Shown here piece after piece: positions 57,938 to 64,000 of a stretch of 64,000 bases of DNA. The first letter of the stretch is position 1. Each line of letters begins with the position of its first letter. The position numbers and the translations under genes are program-made. Source of the stretch: Bdellovibrio sp. (lineage in GTDB: Bacteria > Bdellovibrionota > Bdellovibrionia > Bdellovibrionales > Bdellovibrionaceae). Where the stretch lies: the NCBI RefSeq assembly GCF_036384735.1, contig NZ_DASVLT010000038.1:148-64147 (forward strand), read 5' to 3'. The notes beneath the pieces were generated by a model that made no database searches, was not told where the DNA came from, and was given only the letters and a program-made list of their open reading frames with translations.

Positions 57938-60235
57938 TTAGTGAGGCTTCCGACGAGGGTCAAGTGCCTTCAGAATGGCAATGTTCCGTCCGAAGAGCTC
58001 TCGAATTTCATCGAAAAGCTTCGTTGACGAAGTATGAAGCGCCAAGGCAAGCGCATGAAAGGACTCGTGATTTGGGTTCACTTCCGATGAGGATTCTGAC
58101 GCCACAAGCTGAAGCATTTGTTCAATTTGACGCAAGCGATCGTAACTCTCCTTTAAAGGAGTGGCTTCAGCTCCCATCAGAGACAAAAACTCTGAAGTTT
58201 CAGTCTTATGAACCGCGATTTTTTTATCTAAGACAAAGGCTTGAGACGCCAACTCAAGATCGATCAAACCACCCTCGCTGTACTTCAAATTTAGCAATGG
58301 TGATTTGCTAACAAGTTCCTGACGAATGCGATCCAGTTCGGAAAGCTCATTTTGCGAAAGACCTTTTTGAATATATTCGTTCACCAAGTTTGGACCTTTG
58401 CTTCCGATCCAACGAGCTTTCAAATAGGCCTGTCGCTCCCAAGCTTGCGATTCGTTTCTCAAATACTCGCGTAAATCATCAAGAGGCATCACCAACGGTC
58501 CCGCTTTTCCGGAGGGACGAAGACGCATGTCGATGGAAAAAATATTTCCGCCACGATGAGGCTCGGTCAGGCGAGTAATAAATCTCTTTGCTACTTTGAA
58601 GTCGTTATCAACAGGCTCATTAGGAATCACAAAAATAAAATCTAGATCTGAGCGGAAACCAAGTTCAGAGCCACCCCATTTTCCTAACGCTAGAATTTGT
58701 AGCGATGAAGGATATTCTTTCTTAATCTCATTCAATAGAGTCTCGGCAATGCCATCCGCTGTTGAAGTTAGATTCTTTACCAGTGGTTCAAGTTCTTTAT
58801 TTTCTAGGAACTGGCTGCCGGTGATAAGTTCCGCCAAAAGCTTTTTCTCGGCCAGCTCTTCAAGAAGCTGTCCCATATCCTCAGAGAATTTATCTTGGGC
58901 TCGATAAACGAAACTATCTAAAAGCTCAGGCCTGTTGCAAAGAATACGGGACAAGTAAGGGGAGTGACCAAAAAGCCAGGCGAGCTTTCGCATCAAAGGC
59001 TTTTCACGCAAAAGCATCGCAAAGAAAGTCGCCTTGGCGCGAGTGCCATGAATGAAATCTTTCAGTAGTAAAAGCGCGCGATGGGAATCACCACCTTGCT
59101 CCTTTAAAAGAATCAAAAACTCGTGCAGGAACGATTTTCTAGCAAGCTCATCGCGACCACGATTTCTAGAAAGAACCTCTTGGTCTAAGATTTCATTCCA
59201 AAGGTCTTGCAGCTCTTCGCTACCAAGTCCGGTCTCTTGTAGCTGCTCTTCAAGGGACACTTCTTGAGGAGCTTCGCCTAATAAGGATTTCACTGTTTGA
59301 TCACAGCGTTTCATTTGCGCCGAAAGATCTTTTAAAAGATCTATTACAAACTGCGGATGAGTTTCATTCGTGCGAATCAAATGAGTTTGCTGGTCATCTA
59401 AGGCTTGCACGTAATTTTCAAGACAACGCAAGTTCCAATAATGTTGAGTTAAAAAGCGGGCTTCGTCTTCAGGCAGAAGCTTTCTATCTGCTAGTAAACC
59501 CAAAGCGTCCGTTGTGCCACGAACTTGCAAGCTTGGATCTTTTCCACCATGCACAACTTGCAAAGCATGAGTGAAAAGTTCCACGTCACGAATGCCTCCT
59601 ACACCAAGCTTCAGATCCACAACGTTTTCTTGAGTGCGGCCCCAATAATGAGATTGAATTTTCGAGCGTAAGGTTTTTAGATCCTCAAGCAGCGTAAAAT
59701 CGAGATGACGACGGAAAGAAAATTTATGAGCAAAATCCATCACAGCTTGAATAAGATTTGCGTCACCACATAGAGGACGTAGACGAACAAAGGCCAAACG
59801 CTCCCACGTTTCGCCATAATTTCCATAGTAATCCCGGAATTGCTCAAGCGTTGGAATCAAAGGACCTTGCTTGCCCCCCGGGCGTAAATCAAAATCCACA
59901 CGGAAAACAAATCCGTGAGCTGTGCGTTCCGTCAGAATTTTTTGAAATTTCCGAAGACCACCAAGTGCTGATGTCGATTCTTCTAAAGAGATCAGAAGAA
60001 TATCCACGTCAGAACTTAAATTCAGTTCAGAAGATCCTAATTTTCCTAGCGCAAAAAGAGCGATTTTTTCGGAAGGGAAGCAATGCTGGAAAGCTTTTTC
60101 AAGCAGGGAATCGGCAGCCTTACTCCAGGTAAGACAAATATTTTTTGGATCGTCAGAGTTGGTCTTCGCGGCCTCGGCGCATTGGGACCAAATCCCTTTG
60201 CGCTCGATGCGAAGTTGATCGTCGAAATTAGTCAA
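57938..60235 (-). CDS. glnE: glutamine synthetase adenylyltransferase/deadenylase GlnE (compact, two nucleotidyltransferase domains)
   Basis: [55 protein letters not shown]. Confidence 0.88.
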   Translation of the reverse strand: MTNFDDQLRIERKGIWSQCAEAAKTNSDDPKNICLTWSKAADSLLEKAFQHCFPSEKIALFALGKLGSSELNLSSDVDILLISLEESTSALGGLRKFQKILTERTAHGFVFRVDFDLRPGGKQGPLIPTLEQFRDYYGNYGETWERLAFVRLRPLCGDANLIQAVMDFAHKFSFRRHLDFTLLEDLKTLRSKIQSHYWGRTQENVVDLKLGVGGIRDVELFTHALQVVHGGKDPSLQVRGTTDALGLLADRKLLPEDEARFLTQHYWNLRCLENYVQALDDQQTHLIRTNETHPQFVIDLLKDLSAQMKRCDQTVKSLLGEAPQEVSLEEQLQETGLGSEELQDLWNEILDQEVLSRNRGRDELARKSFLHEFLILLKEQGGDSHRALLLLKDFIHGTRAKATFFAMLLREKPLMRKLAWLFGHSPYLSRILCNRPELLDSFVYRAQDKFSEDMGQLLEELAEKKLLAELITGSQFLENKELEPLVKNLTSTADGIAETLLNEIKKEYPSSLQILALGKWGGSELGFRSDLDFIFVIPNEPVDNDFKVAKRFITRLTEPHRGGNIFSIDMRLRPSGKAGPLVMPLDDLREYLRNESQAWERQAYLKARWIGSKGPNLVNEYIQKGLSQNELSELDRIRQELVSKSPLLNLKYSEGGLIDLELASQAFVLDKKIAVHKTETSEFLSLMGAEATPLKESYDRLRQIEQMLQLVASESSSEVNPNHESFHALALALHTSSTKLFDEIRELFGRNIAILKALDPRRKPH

Positions 60236-61607
60236 CGTTTTTAGACCACTTTGGTTTGAAGTAGTTGTAGTTGTCGTTTGTCACACGACGCTCTTCAGTG
60301 CCATCAACAGTGGAAATATAAATCTGATTTTTTCCAGTTCGATTGCTTGTGTACATCACAAAGCGACCGTCTGGAGAAAAGCTTGGGTCTTCATTGCTTG
60401 AAGCTCTGCCGTTTGGCTTCTTTGCTGAAGTCAAACGGACCATGCCCGTGCCGTCCGAGTTCATCACGAAGATATCAAAATGATCTTCACTCTGGCCCGC
60501 AAACGCAATTTTCTTTCCATCTGGCGACCAAGAAGGAGACGAGTTAAACACACCTGCAAATGTCAGACGTTTTACGCCACTGCCGTCCGCGTTCATTGTG
60601 TAGATCATTGGTTTACCCGCGCGGTCTGATGAAAACGCGATCTTAGAGCCATCCCAGCTAACTGCTGGTTCAACATTCATAGCTCCCGCAGGGCCATTTG
60701 TGATTTTGCCCACAAGAGTTCCGTCGTAACTCATTTTATAAATATCAGGATTATTTCCTTGAGAGATCGTGAGATAAATATATTTTCCATCCGGAGAAAA
60801 TGCAGCCCCCGAGTTGATACCTTGACGGTAAGAGATCAAAGATCTTTTCCCAGAAATAAGATCCAATAAAAGCATGTCAGCGTTTCTGAACTTTGTTCCT
60901 ACGCGCTTTACATATGATGTGTAAGCGACTTTCTTTCCATCTGGTGACCACGCTGGAGAAATCGAAATACTGCGATGGTTTGTTAATTGATCTGGATTAG
61001 CGCTATCCCAATCCATCAGATAGATTTCTTTGTACTTGCTGCCACCGCGATCCGATGAAACTACAACACGGGAAAGGAACATGCCTTCTTTGCCTGTTAA
61101 TGCTTTCAAGACATCATTCGAGAATGTATGGGCAATACGACGTGCGCTTGAAGTGGGGCCTTTATACTTTTTGCCTAAGACAAGCTTCGCTTGAGAAACC
61201 TGATAAGTGTAAGTCTCCAAAGTGACTTCATCGCCGGCGATTGAAAAGCCTGCTTTAACCAAGAAGTCTGCACCGACAGCAGACCAGCTTTGGAATTTAA
61301 AACCATTCGGCTGACCCGGAGCTGGTTGTAATCCTGTTTTGCTGGTGTCTTCAAGGAAAGCGCTTTGATTTACGAATTGGAAGTACGATGACACAGACAA
61401 GTCGTTCGTGATCGTATTAAACATCTCCGCGCCAACTGATTGGTACTTTGAAGATGAGGTCGGTGAACCGAAATATTGCAATGGCGGGAAGGCCATTAAG
61501 CTTTTCTTTGTACGTGCTTCACCAAGCTTGATATAGATGCCGCTGTCTTGAGCAAGAGACATTTGTGCAAATGTCATAAGAGCAAGAAGGATGCATAAAA
61601 TTCTCAT
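60228..61607 (-). CDS. tolB: Tol-Pal beta-propeller protein TolB
   Basis: Signal peptide; TolB_N (AHTFSND); PD40 repeats (SPAWSPDG). Confidence 0.93.
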   Translation of the reverse strand: MRILCILLALMTFAQMSLAQDSGIYIKLGEARTKKSLMAFPPLQYFGSPTSSSKYQSVGAEMFNTITNDLSVSSYFQFVNQSAFLEDTSKTGLQPAPGQPNGFKFQSWSAVGADFLVKAGFSIAGDEVTLETYTYQVSQAKLVLGKKYKGPTSSARRIAHTFSNDVLKALTGKEGMFLSRVVVSSDRGGSKYKEIYLMDWDSANPDQLTNHRSISISPAWSPDGKKVAYTSYVKRVGTKFRNADMLLLDLISGKRSLISYRQGINSGAAFSPDGKYIYLTISQGNNPDIYKMSYDGTLVGKITNGPAGAMNVEPAVSWDGSKIAFSSDRAGKPMIYTMNADGSGVKRLTFAGVFNSSPSWSPDGKKIAFAGQSEDHFDIFVMNSDGTGMVRLTSAKKPNGRASSNEDPSFSPDGRFVMYTSNRTGKNQIYISTVDGTEERRVTNDNYNYFKPKWSKNVD

Positions 61608-61618
61608 GTGAACTCCTC

Positions 61619-62464
61619 TTATTCAGGGAAACCGATCAGAATGCCATCCACTTCAACCAAAGAAGTAAATTTCTCTGGTGGGGGAGGGAGTGGGTTCGAC
61701 TTATCAATTGTCGCCAGCACTTCATCATCGTAACTTTGGTTGCCACTGGATTTTACAATTTTTTTGCCCAAAATTTGCCCTTGAGCATTAATAAAGACTC
61801 TCGCCTGTGCCTTTAAACCTTGATTGGCGAGCCACTCAGGCAATTGCCAATGATCTTTAATATGTTTATCTAAATCAGCCGCATAAGTGTCATGCTGCAA
61901 TTTAGAAAGACCCGACAATGCTGTTCCTGGAGAAATCACATTGCCTTTAACTTTCGCGCCTGTTTTATCCTGGCCCGTTCCTATAGGAGGAGCCGCTTTC
62001 TTTTGCTGCGAAACCTCTTGTTTGATTTTTTCTAACGCTGCCAGCGCCTTCAATTTTTCAAGGGCATTTTGTTGCTGAGACTTCGTCTTTTCTAAATTAA
62101 CTCCGTCTTTTGCAACAGTTTTGGGCTTCACTTCCACTTTAGCTGGAACAGGTTTTGAAGTGGCTTTAGGTTCCGGCTTTTTTTCTGCAACCTTTTCCAC
62201 AGGTTTTTCCGCTGGCTTTTCTTTTTCTGGCAATGCAGGTTTCGCATTCTCTTTCGCGGAATCCGGAAGTTGTTTTAGCTTTTCTGGCAATCCCACCATA
62301 TCCACGCGAACCGCCTGTGAAAAATCAATGGGTTCTGGATCCAGGAAGGCCGCTTTGAGTGCGAAAAAAGAAATCAAAATAGCATGAATGGCAAAGGAGA
62401 TCCCTAAGCCGCGAGATAATTTGTCTTCATTCTGCTGTTGTTTTTCTTCTTCGACGTAGTTCAC
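61619..62464 (-). CDS. tolA: TolA/TonB-family energy transducer
   Basis: N-terminal TM with SFAIH; Lys/Glu/Pro linker; TonB_C-like domain (KSSGN..YD). Confidence 0.8.
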   Translation of the reverse strand: MNYVEEEKQQQNEDKLSRGLGISFAIHAILISFFALKAAFLDPEPIDFSQAVRVDMVGLPEKLKQLPDSAKENAKPALPEKEKPAEKPVEKVAEKKPEPKATSKPVPAKVEVKPKTVAKDGVNLEKTKSQQQNALEKLKALAALEKIKQEVSQQKKAAPPIGTGQDKTGAKVKGNVISPGTALSGLSKLQHDTYAADLDKHIKDHWQLPEWLANQGLKAQARVFINAQGQILGKKIVKSSGNQSYDDEVLATIDKSNPLPPPPEKFTSLVEVDGILIGFPE

Positions 62465-62877
62465 TTGTCTTTAGGGACGGTAATTAGTCCGATGTTAAAA
62501 ATTCCGGCAGCCCGAACTTCACCCATGGCTTCCGCGACGAAACCATAATCCACTTTTCGATCTGCTTGGATATAAACTTGTTTATTTTTTCTAGTTTCAA
62601 AGATCGCTTTCAACTTAGGACGAAGCTCTGCCATGGTGATCTTCGTTTTTGCCACTGTCATTGATTGATTTGAATCGATGACAATAACAAAAGGTTCTTC
62701 ATTCAATTCAACACCAGATGAAGATGTTTTTGGCAAATCTACTTCGATACCTTGTTGCATCAACGGAGTCGTCACCATGAACATAATCAGCAAAACCAAC
62801 ATGACGTCCACCAGGGGGGTCACGTTGATCTCACTTAATGTTGCACGGCTTTTACCGCCACCAGCACTCATTCCCAT
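62461..62877 (-). CDS. tolR: TolR/ExbD
   Basis: EINVTPLVDVMLVLLIMFMV; IQADRKVDYG. Confidence 0.92.
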   Translation of the reverse strand: MGMSAGGGKSRATLSEINVTPLVDVMLVLLIMFMVTTPLMQQGIEVDLPKTSSSGVELNEEPFVIVIDSNQSMTVAKTKITMAELRPKLKAIFETRKNKQVYIQADRKVDYGFVAEAMGEVRAAGIFNIGLITVPKDK

Positions 62878-62879
62878 GA

Positions 62880-63620
62880 TTAATTTCCTTGGAAGAAGTT
62901 GCGTTTGACGATGTTCAAGAAATCTGCGCTGAAATTATTCAAAGCAATCTCTTGCTTACGAATTTTTGCGATGAAGTTATTATATAGAACAACCGCTGGA
63001 ATCGCTGCCGCGAGACCGATTGCTGTTGAAATCAAGGCTTCAGAAATGCCTGGAGCCACAACTGCAAGGCTCGCGGAGCCTGTCAAACCGATTTTGTGGA
63101 AAGATCCCATGATCCCCCAGACAGTACCAAAAAGACCGATGAAAGGACCCGTACTTCCTGTTGTCGCAAGAACCGTTAAACGAGATTCCAATTTAGCAAT
63201 TTCGTTTTGTGTCGCTTTATTTAGAATACGCTCCAAGTTATCAAGGCCCGTCAGCACTTGCTTGTCGCCTTCTGTCTTTGACATCAATGGAGATTCAGAG
63301 ATTTTTTTCATCTCTAGGTAAGCTGCTTTAAACACGCGAGCCAGTGAAGAGTCTTTATATTGATCAACATCTTCATACAAAGTGTCCAAAGAATTTACTT
63401 TCCAGAATTTGTTCATGAAAAGTTCGTCGGACTGAACCATTTTTTTAAATGTTTGAAATTTGCTAAAACCAATGGCCCAACAAAATACAGACATTACAAT
63501 CAAGATCACTAATGTGCCCTGAACGATAGGGCTGGCCTGTGCAATTGCATCGACAGTGTTTGTATTTACCGAAACAGAGGGTGCGGCCTGTGCTGCGTTT
63601 ACAAATAGCGGTAACATCAT
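62880..63620 (-). CDS. tolQ: TolQ/ExbB
   Basis: GSTGPFIGLFGTVWGIM, APGISEALISTAIGL; start moved to 63620 after ggagg. Confidence 0.93.
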   Translation of the reverse strand: MMLPLFVNAAQAAPSVSVNTNTVDAIAQASPIVQGTLVILIVMSVFCWAIGFSKFQTFKKMVQSDELFMNKFWKVNSLDTLYEDVDQYKDSSLARVFKAAYLEMKKISESPLMSKTEGDKQVLTGLDNLERILNKATQNEIAKLESRLTVLATTGSTGPFIGLFGTVWGIMGSFHKIGLTGSASLAVVAPGISEALISTAIGLAAAIPAVVLYNNFIAKIRKQEIALNNFSADFLNIVKRNFFQGN

Positions 63621-63744
63621 GGGAAATCCTCCATGAAACACCTTATGCCTAAATGCATCTTATATCAACCCATGGCAACCCGCCCTAGGTCCAGATTGCA
63701 TCCTTAATTATGGAGGAGGAAAATCAATCGAAGGGAGTGTTTTT

Positions 63745-64000
63745 ATGACGCGTAAATCTCTCCTTACAATTTTCATTTTCTTTGCCGCATTTGCTAGCTT
63801 TTGGTTTTTTAGCTTAAAGAAGGATGTCAAAGAAACTCAGGAAATGTTGAATGATCAACAAGCATCAGCCACAAGCACAAGAAATCCCGCATCAATTCCC
63901 GTGGTTGTTCGAAATGCGAACACAACATCTACAAATATAGATGATAGGATCCAGCGCAGAAATCAGGCGGCGAACGATTTGCAAAATATGTCCAACCAAC
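63745..64000 (+). CDS. membrane-anchored/secreted hypothetical protein, truncated by the window edge
   Basis: MTRKSLLTIFIFFAAFASFWFFSLKKD...RNPAS...; open to the end; gggag RBS. Confidence 0.65.
   Translation, partial: MTRKSLLTIFIFFAAFASFWFFSLKKDVKETQEMLNDQQASATSTRNPASIPVVVRNANTTSTNIDDRIQRRNQAANDLQNMSNQ

Noticed and set aside
57207-58311. 212-aa and 143-aa plus-strand ORFs
   Set aside because: Antisense to the conserved cyclophilin and glnE genes, with no recognisable motifs.

Overview
Chromosomal window from a Bdellovibrio-like predatory bacterium, inferred from the groES/groEL - hit - YD-repeat - tad/flp gene order and protein similarity to the B. bacteriovorus hit locus. No rRNA, tRNA, CRISPR array, IS element or prophage was seen. 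In order, the window holds: a four-gene MdtABC/OprM-type RND efflux operon (cut at the left edge); groES-groEL; two divergent outer-membrane beta-barrel-like genes with a receiver-domain gene; the hit locus (two small Hit-like secreted peptides, Hit, a YD-repeat protein, a Tad/Flp type IVb pilus cluster); hpt-TPR-bamD; an arginine succinyltransferase-type cluster coupled to mltG; lysC, a nitroreductase, dusB, typA and a NodIJ-like ABC pair; a protein-glutaminase-like gene pair; mtgA, motAB; several secreted unknowns; a DUF3015/DUF4105 pair; trxA, a cyclophilin, glnE and tolQRAB. The top lead is a secreted Cys-His-Asp protein-glutaminase-like enzyme with no pro-region, translationally coupled to a separately secreted 107-aa protein that resembles the missing pro-domain (a possible split enzyme/inhibitor pair). 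Other leads: two Hit-like micro-peptides with duplicated sigma54-type promoters, a recurrent GTCTCA-N3-TGAGAC palindrome, an unannotated 24-aa hydrophobic mini-gene, and a 949-aa secreted protein with a pore-former-like hydrophobic block. All family assignments come from motif recognition by eye; no searches were run.
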